Part shown: positions 1 through 12,044 of the stretch, one piece after another
How the letters are laid out: the number at the start of each line of letters is the position of its first letter
Position numbering within the stretch: the stretch's first letter is position 1
Origin: Burkholderiales bacterium
GTDB taxonomy: Bacteria; Pseudomonadota; Gammaproteobacteria; Burkholderiales; Burkholderiaceae_C
Direction of reading: 5' to 3'
Assembly: GCA_019509985.1 (NCBI GenBank)
Contig: JAEKLF010000037.1
Span: 8,127 to 72,126, forward strand
Length of the DNA: 64,000 nt
Made by a program: the position numbers and the translations under genes
The notes under the pieces: generated by a model
Seen by the model: only the letters and a program-made list of their open reading frames with translations
What the model was told of the DNA's origin: nothing
Database searches by the model: none

Positions 1-1104
1 CTGTTCGACTTCGTCGACTACGTGACGCTGGACGCTGGCGAGCGGCCTTTACTGGCCCTGCTGGAGCACATCGCCGGAAAGCGCTCCAAGACCCGCCTCG
101 TGCGCACCTTCTGGCGCGATGCCGCGCAGGTCAGGTACACCAACTTCGTCGAGCCCGACATTCCCTTCGACGACGTCGGCACGCCGACCTGGGACGGCCT
201 GCCGCTGGACCGCTACCTGTCGCTGCTGGACATGCTCAACCCGATGAACCGGCTGTGGAGCGACGGCCGCTGGAACAAGCTGACCGTGGCGCATGGCTGC
301 TACTGGAAGAAGTGCAGTTTCTGCGACGTGAGCCTGGACTACATCTCGCGCTACGAGGCCGCCAGCGCCGAGGTGCTGGTGGACCGCATCGAGGCCATCG
401 TCAAGGAGACGGGCCAGACGGGTTTTCATTTCGTCGACGAGGCCGCACCGCCCAAGGCGCTGAAGGCGCTGGCCGAAGAGCTGCTCAAGCGCGGCGTGGC
501 CATCTCGTGGTGGGGCAATATCCGCTTCGAAAAAACCTTCACGCCCGAGCTGTGCCAGTTGCTGGCCGACAGCGGCTGCATCGCCATCTCGGGCGGGCTG
601 GAGGTAGCGTCGGACCGCCTGCTGCAGCTGATGAAGAAGGGCGTCTCCATCGAGCAGGTGGCGCGCGTGACCAAGGCCTTTGCCGACGCCGGCGTGCTGG
701 TGCATGCCTACCTGATGTACGGCTTCCCGACGCAGACAACGCAGGACACCGTGGACGCGCTGGAGTACGTGCGCCAGCTGTTCGAACACGGCTGCATCCA
801 CAGCGGCTTCTTCCACCGCTTCGCCTGCACGGTGCATTCACCGGTGGGGTTGAACCCGGCGGAGTACGGCGTCACGCTGCAGCCCTTGCCCGCGGACGGC
901 CGCTTCGCGAAGAACGACATCGCCTTCATCGACCCCACGCCGACCGACCACGACGGCCTCGGCCAAGGGCTGAAGAAGGGCCTCTACAACTTCATGCACG
1001 GCATCGGTGTGGAGCAAGACATCCGCAGCTGGTTCCCGGTGCGCGTGCCCAAGACGACAGTGCCCAAGCGCTTCGTCGAACGCGCCCTGACAATGGCGCG
1101 CTGA
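1..1104 (+). CDS. Radical SAM protein (probably with an upstream B12-binding domain), 5'-truncated by window edge
   Basis: CxxxCxxC motif HGCYWKKCSFCD; FHFVDE, GNIRFE and SGGLE segments typical of the radical SAM barrel; frame is open from base 1. Confidence 0.85.
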   Translation: MFDFVDYVTLDAGERPLLALLEHIAGKRSKTRLVRTFWRDAAQVRYTNFVEPDIPFDDVGTPTWDGLPLDRYLSLLDMLNPMNRLWSDGRWNKLTVAHGCYWKKCSFCDVSLDYISRYEAASAEVLVDRIEAIVKETGQTGFHFVDEAAPPKALKALAEELLKRGVAISWWGNIRFEKTFTPELCQLLADSGCIAISGGLEVASDRLLQLMKKGVSIEQVARVTKAFADAGVLVHAYLMYGFPTQTTQDTVDALEYVRQLFEHGCIHSGFFHRFACTVHSPVGLNPAEYGVTLQPLPADGRFAKNDIAFIDPTPTDHDGLGQGLKKGLYNFMHGIGVEQDIRSWFPVRVPKTTVPKRFVERALTMAR

Positions 1105-1436
1105 TGTACACCTCCACCTTCACCTTCGCCAAGGGCGACTACGACGACGAGTTCTTTGCGCTCGACGACAGCATCGCCCAGATCGCCCGCGCCATCCCCG
1201 GCTACCGCGGCGAGGAGACCTGGGAGAACAGCGCCACAGGGCTGATCTCCAACGTCTATTACTGGGACTCCATGGACGCGCTGCAGCAGCTGATGAGCCA
1301 TCCCTCGCATCGCGAGGCCAAGCAGGCCCAGGCCAGGTGGCTGCGGGGCTACCAGGTGGTCATCGCCGAGGTGGTGCGCACCTATGGCGACGGCGGCATC
1401 GCCCACCCGCTCGCCGAAAGCACGCCGGCGCATTGA
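1104..1436 (+). CDS. Antibiotic-biosynthesis-monooxygenase (ABM/dimeric alpha-beta barrel) family protein
   Basis: ATG overlaps the upstream TGA (TGATG); PGYRGEETW...NVYYWDSMDAL...HREAK pattern; 110 aa. Confidence 0.7.
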   Translation: MYTSTFTFAKGDYDDEFFALDDSIAQIARAIPGYRGEETWENSATGLISNVYYWDSMDALQQLMSHPSHREAKQAQARWLRGYQVVIAEVVRTYGDGGIAHPLAESTPAH

Positions 1437-1481
1437 CTTTTGTGCAGTGCACAATCGCCGCATCCAGCAACGGAGGCGGCG

Positions 1482-2249
1482 ATGCGGCGTGTGGTGTTCA
1501 ACCAGAAGGGTGGCGTGGGCAAGTCCACGATCACGAGCAATCTCGCGGCGATTGCCGCGGCCAGCGGCCAGCGCGTGCTGGTCATCGACCTGGACTGCCA
1601 GGGCAACACGACGCGCTACCTGCTGGGCGACGCGGCCGACGAAGAGCACGCCGGCTCGGCCGCCTTCTTCGCCGAGACGCTGAAGTTCAGCGTGCGCGAG
1701 GTGGACACCTCGGCCTTCATCGTCGAGAGCCCGTGGGAGAACCTGCATGTGATGCCGGCCTCGCCCGAGCTGGACGAGCTGCACGGCAAGCTGGAGAGCC
1801 GCTACAAGATCTACAAGCTGCGCAATGCCCTGCAGCTGCTCGACGACACCTACGACGAGATCTGGATCGACACGCCGCCGGCGTTGAACTTCTACACGCG
1901 CTCGGCGCTGATCGCGGCTCAGGGCTGCCTGATCCCGTTCGACTGCGACGACTTCTCGCGGCGCGCGCTGTACGGGCTGCTGGAGGCGGTGGACGAAATC
2001 CGCGCCGACCACGCGCCCGAGCTGAGCGTGGAGGGCATCGTCGTCAACCAGTTCCAGGCCCGCGCCTCACTGCCACAGCGCGCGGTGCAGGAGCTGGTCG
2101 ACGAGGGGCTGCCGGTGCTGGAGCCCTATCTGTCCAGCAGCGTGAAGATCAAGGAATCGCACGAGCTGTCGCGGCCCATGATCCATCTCGACGCGCGCCA
2201 CAAGCTCACGCAGGAGTTCACGGCGCTGTACGAGTCGCTGGGCCGCTGA
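1482..2249 (+). CDS. ParA/Soj-family ATPase
   Basis: Deviant Walker A NQKGGVGKST, VIDLDCQGN, IDTPP; GGAGG RBS at 1472-1476. Confidence 0.9.
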   Translation: MRRVVFNQKGGVGKSTITSNLAAIAAASGQRVLVIDLDCQGNTTRYLLGDAADEEHAGSAAFFAETLKFSVREVDTSAFIVESPWENLHVMPASPELDELHGKLESRYKIYKLRNALQLLDDTYDEIWIDTPPALNFYTRSALIAAQGCLIPFDCDDFSRRALYGLLEAVDEIRADHAPELSVEGIVVNQFQARASLPQRAVQELVDEGLPVLEPYLSSSVKIKESHELSRPMIHLDARHKLTQEFTALYESLGR

Positions 2250-5075
2250 TCAGGGCTTGGGCTGGCCGTCGGGGTCGCGCACCTCCACCTTGCGGCCAAT
2301 GGCTTCCAGCTGCGGCTGCACCTTGGCCTTGTCGCCCACAGCCACGACGATCAACTGCGCCGGGTCCAGGTGCTGCTGCGCCGCCTTCAGCGCGGTGGCC
2401 GACGTGACGGCGCCGTACTTCTTCGGCAGGTCGGTGATGGCCGACAGCGGCTGGCCCGAGGCCCAGTTGCCCGCGTAGCCGGCGACGACCGCGAGGTTGG
2501 TGTCGAACAGGCCCGGCAGTGACAGCAGCTGCGCATTGCGCACGCGGCCGAGTTCCGCAGCGCCCATGGGCTTGGCGCGCATGCCTTCGATCTCCTTCCA
2601 CATGTCGACGAGGGCTGCGCCGGTCACGTCCGTGCGCACGCTGCCGCGGATGCCGAACTGGCCGCGCTCGCGGCCCATCGTGTAGCCGGAGTAGATGCCG
2701 TAGGTGTAGCCCTTGACCTCGCGCAGCTGGGTGTTGATGCGCGACGTGAACAGGCCGCCCAGGGCCGCGTTCATGACCTTGATCGAGGCTGCATCCGGCG
2801 TGGACGCGAACGGGCCGGGCGCGACGACCGCCAGGGCCGTCTGCGGCGCGCCGGGCTTGTCGACCAGCACGGTGCGCGCGGCAATCGGCTTGGCCGCCGA
2901 CAGCGGCGCGGCGGGCGCGGCATCGCCGGCGGGCTTCCAGCTGCCGAACAGCGGTTCGACCAATGCCCGCAGCTCGGCTTCGCTGAGGTCACCCGCCACG
3001 ACCAGAGCCGCGCGCTCGGGGCGGTAGTGGCCCTGCCAGAAGGCACGCAGCGCGCTCGCGTCGACGGCCTTGATGCTGGCCTCGGTGCCTAGCGCGTTCT
3101 CGGCCAGCGGATGGCCCTCGCCGTAGGTCACGCGGTTGCCGACGGCATTGGCCAGCAGCGGCGCCTGCTCGCGCGCCTGCGCCAGGGCCGCGAGGCGCTG
3201 GGACTTCTGGCGCTCGATCTCGGGCGTGGCGAAGGCGGGGTTCAGCACCAGGTCGGCCAGCAGCGCGAAGCCGTCCTTGGCGCTGCGCTTGAGGCCGGAG
3301 AAATCGATGCGTGCTTCTTCGCTGCCGGCCTGAGCCGTCAGCGTCGCGCCCAGGGCCGACGTGGCCTCGGCGATCTGCTGCGCGCTGCGCGTCGTCGTGC
3401 CCTCGGGCAGCATGGCGGCAGTGAAGCCGGCGAGGCCCGGCTTGTCCGCCGGGTTGGCGCCCTGGCCGGCGCGCAGCACGAGGCTGGCGCTGACCAGCGG
3501 CAGGCCGGGCTTGGGCGAGTGGATGACGGTCAGCCCGTTGGCCAGCGTGAAGCTCTGCGCGGCCGGCAGCACCAGCGGCTTGGCCTTGGCAGCACCCGGC
3601 GCCTTGTTGCGCCAGGCTTCGGTCGCGTTCAGCGATTCACGCTCACCCTTGGCCGCCTTGGTGGGCGCCGGTGGCGTGGCCACCTCGGGCGCCAGCACCT
3701 GCTCGCCGGGCTTGGCCTGCACGACGACGCGACTGTCCTTCTTCAGCCATTGCGCCACGGTGGCGCTGACGGCGGCCGGCGTCGTTTGCCGATAGCGCGC
3801 CAGGTCCTTGCCGACGAAGCCCGGGTCGCCCGCCATCTGGTTGTAGTGGTTGATGAGGTCGGCCAGCGACGTGACCTTCTCCATGCGCTGCAGCACCTGG
3901 GTCTCGATGGTGGCGCGCGCCTGGGCCAGCTCGGCCTCAGTTGGCGGCTCGGCGGCGAGCCGGGCGACCTCGGCGTCGACCAGCTTCTCGATCTCGTCCA
4001 GCGAGGCGCCCGGGCGGGCGACGACCTCGATGTCGAACACCGAGCTCAGCGACTGCGAGTCCTGCCCCACCTGCACGCTCTGCGCGAGCTGCTTGTCGCG
4101 CACCAGCAGGCCGTAAAGCCGGCTGGCCTTGCCGCCGCCCAGCACGTGGGCAGCCACGTCCAGCTCGGCGTCGCCGGCCGCGAACATCGGCGGCGTGTGC
4201 CAGGCGATGTTGAGGCGGCTCAGCTCGATGCGGTCGGTCACGACGAGGCGGCGCTCCTTCGTGATCTCGGGCATGGCCACCTTCACCTCCGGCACCTTGG
4301 GGCCGGCCTTCAGCGAGCCGAAGTACTTCTGCACCAGCGCCTTGGCCTGCTTGGGATCGAAGTCGCCGGCCAGCACCAGCGTCGCGTTGTTGGGCCGGTA
4401 GTAGGTGCGGGCGAAGTCCTTCACGTCCGCGAGCTTGATGCTCTGGATGTCGGCATGCGAGCCGATGACCGCCGCGCGATAGGGGTGGCCTTCGGGGTAG
4501 AGGGCCTGGTACATCGCTTCCTCGACGATGCCGTAGGGTCGGTTCTCGAAGCTCTGGCGGCGCTCGTTGCGCACGACGTCCTGCTGGTTGGCCAGCGACA
4601 CCGAATCGACCTCGTCGATCATGTAGCCCAGCATGTCGGACTTCAGCCACAGGCCGAGTTCGAGCTGGTTGGACGGCAGCGTGAAGAAGTAGTTGGTGCG
4701 GTCGAAGTTGGTCGAGCCGTTGCTGTCGGTGCCGCCCGCGGCGTCGACGTACTGGTCGAACTTGCCACGCGGCACATGGCGGCTGCCGGCGAACATCAGG
4801 TGCTCGAACAAGTGAGCGAAACCCGTCTGGCCCTTGGCCTCGTTGCGCGGGCCGGCATGCACCCACAGGTTGAAGGCGACGAGCGGCAGGCGGTGATCCT
4901 CGACGAGGATGACCTCGAAGCCATTGGCCAGCGTGACCTTCTCCTGGCGGATGGCGATCTGGCCGGCCTCGGTGCTGACGGCGCCTTGCGGTGCCGCGGC
5001 GACGGGGAAGGTGGCCGAGAGCGCGCCGGCCAGGGCCAGCAGCGCGACGAGACGGCGGGGGGCGGGAGCTTTCAT
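2250..5075 (-). CDS. M16 family zinc peptidase (two fused halves), exported
   Basis: Inverted zinc motif HLFEH, NGSTNFDRTNYF, VVRNERR; second half with LREVKGYTY; N-terminal signal peptide. Confidence 0.9.
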   Translation of the reverse strand: MKAPAPRRLVALLALAGALSATFPVAAAPQGAVSTEAGQIAIRQEKVTLANGFEVILVEDHRLPLVAFNLWVHAGPRNEAKGQTGFAHLFEHLMFAGSRHVPRGKFDQYVDAAGGTDSNGSTNFDRTNYFFTLPSNQLELGLWLKSDMLGYMIDEVDSVSLANQQDVVRNERRQSFENRPYGIVEEAMYQALYPEGHPYRAAVIGSHADIQSIKLADVKDFARTYYRPNNATLVLAGDFDPKQAKALVQKYFGSLKAGPKVPEVKVAMPEITKERRLVVTDRIELSRLNIAWHTPPMFAAGDAELDVAAHVLGGGKASRLYGLLVRDKQLAQSVQVGQDSQSLSSVFDIEVVARPGASLDEIEKLVDAEVARLAAEPPTEAELAQARATIETQVLQRMEKVTSLADLINHYNQMAGDPGFVGKDLARYRQTTPAAVSATVAQWLKKDSRVVVQAKPGEQVLAPEVATPPAPTKAAKGERESLNATEAWRNKAPGAAKAKPLVLPAAQSFTLANGLTVIHSPKPGLPLVSASLVLRAGQGANPADKPGLAGFTAAMLPEGTTTRSAQQIAEATSALGATLTAQAGSEEARIDFSGLKRSAKDGFALLADLVLNPAFATPEIERQKSQRLAALAQAREQAPLLANAVGNRVTYGEGHPLAENALGTEASIKAVDASALRAFWQGHYRPERAALVVAGDLSEAELRALVEPLFGSWKPAGDAAPAAPLSAAKPIAARTVLVDKPGAPQTALAVVAPGPFASTPDAASIKVMNAALGGLFTSRINTQLREVKGYTYGIYSGYTMGRERGQFGIRGSVRTDVTGAALVDMWKEIEGMRAKPMGAAELGRVRNAQLLSLPGLFDTNLAVVAGYAGNWASGQPLSAITDLPKKYGAVTSATALKAAQQHLDPAQLIVVAVGDKAKVQPQLEAIGRKVEVRDPDGQPKP

Positions 5076-5145
5076 TCGGATTGGTCCTTCAAGGGCAATG
5101 CAGGGATTGGGCGACGCCGGCAGCGTCGCATAGAAGTGCCGGGAG

Positions 5146-6138
5146 TCAGGGCGCTGACCACGGAGAAACCCAGGCCAGCAGTGCCAGCCACAGTGGCGCG
5201 GTGGCGACGTAGAGCACCGTGGACAGCACGGTGGCGGCCGTGACCTCCGGTTCCATGGTGCGGTAGCGCTGCGCGAAGATCAGCGCATTGGAGCCGGTGG
5301 GCAGCGCGGCCAGCATGACGATGACGGCCAGCGGCAGGCCCTTGAGGCCCAGGCCCCAGTGCGCGATGCCGAAGACGACGGCCGGGATCAGCACCAGCTT
5401 GGCCGACACCAGCCCGGACAGGCCGCGCCAGGACTTGGGCCAGCCGTAATAGGCCAGCGACATGCCGATCAACGTCAAGCACAGCGGCACGACGGCCGTG
5501 CCGAGGTTCTGCAGCACCTCGTCGAACACGGCCGGCAGGACCCAGCCGGTGGCGTTCCAGCCCAGGCCGGCCAGCACCGGCAGCACGACCGGGTGGATGA
5601 CCGTGTTGCGCACCGTCTGCGCCAGCGTCGCGGCCAGGCTGGTGCCGGGGCGCTCGCGGGCGACGTCCAGCTCCACGAGGCTGGTCAGCAGGGTCAGGAT
5701 GGTCAGCGAATGCAGGCTGACGACGGCGATGTGGATGGCCAGGCCCTGCTCGCCGAACACGCCCGCCGCCACCGGCACGCCCACCTGCAGCGTGTTGCCG
5801 AAGCCGGCGGTGATGGCTTTGACGCTGGGCGCCGTCACCGGCTCGTCCGGCTTGCGCCGCCAGCGCTCGAACCCGTAGATCAGCGTGACGACGGCCAGCA
5901 CCGGCACGAAGAAGGCGCCGAGGAAGGCCCAGGGCAGCGTCGCCGTATCCAGCCGCGCCGTGGTGCGGAACAGCAGGGCCGGCACGAAGATGTAGAAGGC
6001 CGCATTGGCCAGCACGCGGGCGGGGTCACTGTCGCTGCCGGCCTCGCCGCCGCCCAGCCAGCGCATGCGGCCGACGGCCCAGCCGATCGCGACGGCCACC
6101 AGGATCGCCAGCAGCTTGGCGGCAATGCCCCAGGTCAT
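5146..6138 (-). CDS. AEC (auxin efflux carrier)-family transporter
   Basis: About 10 hydrophobic segments; FGNTLQVGVP, HPVVLP and AALPTGSNALIFA motifs. Confidence 0.85.
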   Translation of the reverse strand: MTWGIAAKLLAILVAVAIGWAVGRMRWLGGGEAGSDSDPARVLANAAFYIFVPALLFRTTARLDTATLPWAFLGAFFVPVLAVVTLIYGFERWRRKPDEPVTAPSVKAITAGFGNTLQVGVPVAAGVFGEQGLAIHIAVVSLHSLTILTLLTSLVELDVARERPGTSLAATLAQTVRNTVIHPVVLPVLAGLGWNATGWVLPAVFDEVLQNLGTAVVPLCLTLIGMSLAYYGWPKSWRGLSGLVSAKLVLIPAVVFGIAHWGLGLKGLPLAVIVMLAALPTGSNALIFAQRYRTMEPEVTAATVLSTVLYVATAPLWLALLAWVSPWSAP

Positions 6139-6144
6139 GCTTCG

Positions 6145-8010
<1,866 letters not shown>

Positions 8011-8114
8011 CAACCGCCCTCCCGCTTTGGCTTCACTGCCGCGTCTTGCACCGAGCATAAGTCCAGTCCAACACGCCACCGCGGTGTACGACGAGGCCCG
8101 AACCGGCCTCGTCC

Positions 8115-10712
8115 TCAACTCTTGGCCGTCGCCTTCTTGGCGGCGGTCTTGCCCGCTGCCTTCGCCGGCACCTTGGCGGCGCGCGGCTCGAACTCGAAGA
8201 TGACCTTGCCTTCCTTCTTGTCGTAGGCCAGGAAGGCCTTGAACTTGCGCCGCGTCTTGTTGGAGACGAAGTTCTCCAGCAGGTCGGTCTTGCCGTTGGC
8301 CAGCAGCTTGTGCACCTGGGCCGGCTCGATGGGCTGGGTCAGGATGACCTTGCCGGTCTTGAAGTCGCAGGTCACGTTGGCGCCCACCGAATGCTCGCAG
8401 ACGTAGTTGGCGCCGTGCTCGTAGACATGGCCCGCGCACTTGGGGCAGGGGCCGAGCGAGTTCTGGCCGGAGAAGTCCACCGGCTCGCCGTCGCCCTCGG
8501 CCTTCTTGGCGTCCTCGCCGAAGTCGAACTCCAGCTTCCAGTTCTGGATCTCCTCGTCGTAGACCAGCGCCAGCTCGGCCGTGAACGGCCAGCCCGCCTT
8601 GGAGCGGAAGCCTTCCAATGGGCCGATCTTCTTGTCGCGCAGGAAGGTCTCGACTTCGTTCAGCTCGAAGCTGCGGCCGCCCGGAATCTTGCCGATGGAG
8701 AAGCCGCAGGCATCGCTGCCGTCGCCGTGCTTGCCGGTGCAGGTGAAGCGGCGGTAGTTCTCCTTGACGATGCCGCCGCACTTGGGGCACGGCGTCTTCA
8801 GCGTCGCGTAGTCGCCGGGAATGGTGTCGCGGTCGTAGCCCTTGGCCTTGGCGACCATCTTCTCGGTCATGGCCGCGATCTCGGCCATGAAGACCTCGCG
8901 CTTGAGCTTGCCTTTTTCCATCTGGGCCAGCTTGCTTTCCCAGTCGCCCGTCAGCTCGGGCTTGGTCAGGTCTTCCACCTCCAGGCCGCGCAGCAGCGTC
9001 ATCAGCTGGAAGGCCTTGGCCGTGGGAATCAGCTCGCGGCCTTCGCGCAGCATGTACTTCTCGCTGATCAGGCCTTCGATGGTGGCCGCGCGCGTGGCTG
9101 GCGTGCCCAGGCCCTTCTCGGCCATGGCCTCGCGCAACTCGTCGTCGTCGATCAGCTTGCCGGCGCCTTCCATCGCGCTCAGCAGCGTCGCTTCGGTGTA
9201 GCGCGCCGGCGGCTTGGTCTGCAGGGCCTTCACGTCAACGCTCTCAGTGCGCACGACCTCGTTCGGCTGCACCGGCACGAGATTGGCATCCTCGTCGTCC
9301 ACATCCTTGCCGTAGACGGCCAGCCAGCCCGGCTTGACGAGCACCTTGCCGTTGGTCTGGAAGTGATGCTTGTCCAGCACCTTGGAGATGCGCGTCGTGA
9401 CCAGGAACTCGGCCGGCGGGAAGAACACGGCCAGGAAGCGCTTGACGACCATGTCGTAAAGCTTGGCCTCGATCTCGGTCAGGCTCTTGGGCGCCTGCAA
9501 CGTCGGGATGATGGCGAAGTGATCCGACACCTTGGCGTTGTCGAAGACCTTCTTCGTCGGCTTGATGTAGCCCTCCTTCAGCGCCGTCGCGGCATGCTGG
9601 GACAGCGCGCCCAGCGGGCCGGGCAGGTCCTCGGTGGCCAGCATCTTGGCCGTGTCCTTGGCCACCGCGAGGTAGTCCTCCGGCAGGAAGCGCGAGTCCG
9701 TCCGCGGGTAGGTCAGCACCTTGTGCTTCTCGTACAGCGCCTGGGCAATGGACAGCGTCGTCTTGGCCGAGAAGCCGAAGCGCGAGTTGGCCTCGCGCTG
9801 CAGCGTCGTCAGGTCGTAGAGGCCGCCGCAGCTCGTCGTGCTGGGCTTGCTTTCCTCGGTGACGGTGGCGGGCTGGCCCAGCACCGCCTTGGCGATGGCC
9901 TCGGCGTCGGCCGCGTTCCACATCCGGTCGGCACGGCGCTCCAGGTCGTCGTTCTTCTTCCACGCCGGGTCGAACCACTTGCCTTCGTACTGGCCGGCCT
10001 GGGCGTCGAAGTTGGCGCGCAGCTCCCAATAGTCGCGGGCGACGTGCTTGCGGATCTTCTCCTCGCGCTCGACGACGACCGACAGCGTCGGCGTCTGCAC
10101 GCGGCCCACGGTGGTGAGGAAGAAACCCCCGTCGCGCGAGTTGAAGGCCGTCATCGCCCGCGTGCCGTTGATGCCCACCAGCCAGTCGGCCTCGGAGCGG
10201 CAGCGTGCGGCATCGGCCAGCGGCAGCATCTGCGCGTCGCTGCGCAGTTTCTCGAAGCCGTCGCGGATGGCGGCCGGCGTCATGGACTGCAGCCATAGCC
10301 GCTTGATGGGCTTGTTCAGCGGGCCCTTGGCCGGCGTGGCGTACTGCTCGATGAGCCGGAAGATCAGCTCACCCTCGCGGCCCGCGTCGCAGGCGTTGAT
10401 CAGCGCGGTCACGTCCTTGCGGCGGATCAGCTTGGTCAGCGCGTTCAGCCGGCCCTTGTTCTTGTCGATGGGGTTCAGGTCGAAGTGCGGCGGGATGACG
10501 GGCAAGTTGTTGAAGCTCCACTTGCCGCGCTTGACGTCGAACTCCTCGGGCGCCGCGATCTCCACCAGGTGGCCCACCGCCGAGCTGACGACGTACTGCT
10601 CGTTCTCGAAGTGGTCGTCGTGCTTGTCGAACTTGCCAGCCACCGGCGTCAGCGCGCGGACGATGTCCTGCGCGACGGAGGGCTTCTCGGCAATGATCAG
10701 AGTCTTGCTCAT
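8115..10712 (-). CDS. topB: DNA topoisomerase III
   Basis: IIAEKPSVA TOPRIM start, ACDAGREGELIF, VGRVQTPTL, LTYPRTDS (catalytic Tyr), GLGTPATRA. Confidence 0.95.
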   Translation of the reverse strand: MSKTLIIAEKPSVAQDIVRALTPVAGKFDKHDDHFENEQYVVSSAVGHLVEIAAPEEFDVKRGKWSFNNLPVIPPHFDLNPIDKNKGRLNALTKLIRRKDVTALINACDAGREGELIFRLIEQYATPAKGPLNKPIKRLWLQSMTPAAIRDGFEKLRSDAQMLPLADAARCRSEADWLVGINGTRAMTAFNSRDGGFFLTTVGRVQTPTLSVVVEREEKIRKHVARDYWELRANFDAQAGQYEGKWFDPAWKKNDDLERRADRMWNAADAEAIAKAVLGQPATVTEESKPSTTSCGGLYDLTTLQREANSRFGFSAKTTLSIAQALYEKHKVLTYPRTDSRFLPEDYLAVAKDTAKMLATEDLPGPLGALSQHAATALKEGYIKPTKKVFDNAKVSDHFAIIPTLQAPKSLTEIEAKLYDMVVKRFLAVFFPPAEFLVTTRISKVLDKHHFQTNGKVLVKPGWLAVYGKDVDDEDANLVPVQPNEVVRTESVDVKALQTKPPARYTEATLLSAMEGAGKLIDDDELREAMAEKGLGTPATRAATIEGLISEKYMLREGRELIPTAKAFQLMTLLRGLEVEDLTKPELTGDWESKLAQMEKGKLKREVFMAEIAAMTEKMVAKAKGYDRDTIPGDYATLKTPCPKCGGIVKENYRRFTCTGKHGDGSDACGFSIGKIPGGRSFELNEVETFLRDKKIGPLEGFRSKAGWPFTAELALVYDEEIQNWKLEFDFGEDAKKAEGDGEPVDFSGQNSLGPCPKCAGHVYEHGANYVCEHSVGANVTCDFKTGKVILTQPIEPAQVHKLLANGKTDLLENFVSNKTRRKFKAFLAYDKKEGKVIFEFEPRAAKVPAKAAGKTAAKKATAKS

Positions 10713-10831
10713 CGGTCTTTCTCAAGGTCTTGCGTCGGGGCGGGGGACTCAAAATCCCCTGCCTACAATCCGGGCCTCGCGCGCACGCCTACGCACACGC
10801 GCACCCATGAAATCACCGTACCACAGCGCCG

Positions 10832-11308
10832 ATGACGCCAAAAACCCCACGTCTCGCCCCACGCCGCAAGATCGAAGTCCGTGAGTCCGGCGTGCATGGC
10901 CGGGGCGTCTACGCCGCAGCACCCATCAAGGCCGGCGCGCGCATCATCGAGTACACCGGCGAGCGCATCACCTGGGACGTGGCCTTGGACCGCCACCCGC
11001 ACGACCCGGCCCAGCCCAACCACACCTTCTACTTCCACCTGGACGGCGGCCTGGTCATCGACGCGCTGTACGGTGGCAACGACGCACGCTGGATCAACCA
11101 CGCCTGCGAACCCAACTGCGAGGCCGACGAGGTCGACGGCCGCGTCTTCATCCAGGCGCTGCGCGACCTGGCGCCTGGCGAGGAACTGTTCTACGACTAC
11201 GGCCTGGTGCTGGACGAGCGCCACACGGCCAAGGTCAAGAAGCAGTTCGCCTGCTGGTGCGGCGCCGCCACCTGCCGCGGCACCATGCTCGCGCCGAAGA
11301 AGCGTTGA
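10832..11308 (+). CDS. SET-domain protein-lysine N-methyltransferase
   Basis: SGVHGRGVYA, ARWINHACEPN, GEELFYDY, post-SET CWCGAATCRG. Confidence 0.92.
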   Translation: MTPKTPRLAPRRKIEVRESGVHGRGVYAAAPIKAGARIIEYTGERITWDVALDRHPHDPAQPNHTFYFHLDGGLVIDALYGGNDARWINHACEPNCEADEVDGRVFIQALRDLAPGEELFYDYGLVLDERHTAKVKKQFACWCGAATCRGTMLAPKKR

Positions 11309-11312
11309 CACG

Positions 11313-12044
11313 ATGGAGCGGCGCCATCTCGCCGAATGCGGCTCGACCAACACCGAGGCGCTCCAGCACCTGCGTGATGGCGGCGGGCCGCTGCTGGTCT
11401 CGGCCAGCCGCCAGACCGCCGGCCGTGGCCGACTCGGGCGCGCCTGGCTGACCGATCAGGCCGGGAACGACGCAGCGCTGACCTTCTCCGTCGCCGTGAC
11501 GCTGCCGGCCGAGCTGGACCTGTCCGGCCTGTCGCTGGCCGTCGGCTGCACGGTGGCCGACGCGCTGGACCCCGATGGCGAGCGCATCCGGCTGAAATGG
11601 CCGAATGACCTTTTCCTGGACGGCGCCAAGCTCGGCGGCATCCTCATCGAGACCGTGCCGCTGCCCGATCAGCGCCGCGGCGTCGTCATCGGCATCGGCC
11701 TGAACCTGCAGCCGCTGCCACCCGAAGCCGACCGCGGCGCCTTCGCCAGCGGCCACGCGGCACTGCAGAGCCTGGACCCGTCCGCCACGGCGGGCGCCAC
11801 GCTGGACCGCCTCGCCCCCGCGCTGCGGGCGATGCTGGCCGACTTCGAGACACTGGGCTTCGCGCCCTGGCAGGCCGCGTTCGGGCGCCGCGACCTGGCC
11901 GCCGGCCGGCGCGTGCGCGTGGGCGACCAACCCGGCGTCGCGCGCGGCGTCAGCCCGCGCGGCGAACTGCTGCTGGAAACCGCCGCGGGTGTACTGCCCA
12001 TGAGCGGCGGTGAACTGAGCCTCAGATTGGAGACTTCCCCGTGA
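11313..12044 (+). CDS. birA: Biotin--[acetyl-CoA carboxylase] ligase (no HTH domain)
   Basis: STN, RQTAGRGRLGRAW, LKWPND, KLGGIL, IGIGLNL. Confidence 0.92.
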   Translation: MERRHLAECGSTNTEALQHLRDGGGPLLVSASRQTAGRGRLGRAWLTDQAGNDAALTFSVAVTLPAELDLSGLSLAVGCTVADALDPDGERIRLKWPNDLFLDGAKLGGILIETVPLPDQRRGVVIGIGLNLQPLPPEADRGAFASGHAALQSLDPSATAGATLDRLAPALRAMLADFETLGFAPWQAAFGRRDLAAGRRVRVGDQPGVARGVSPRGELLLETAAGVLPMSGGELSLRLETSP

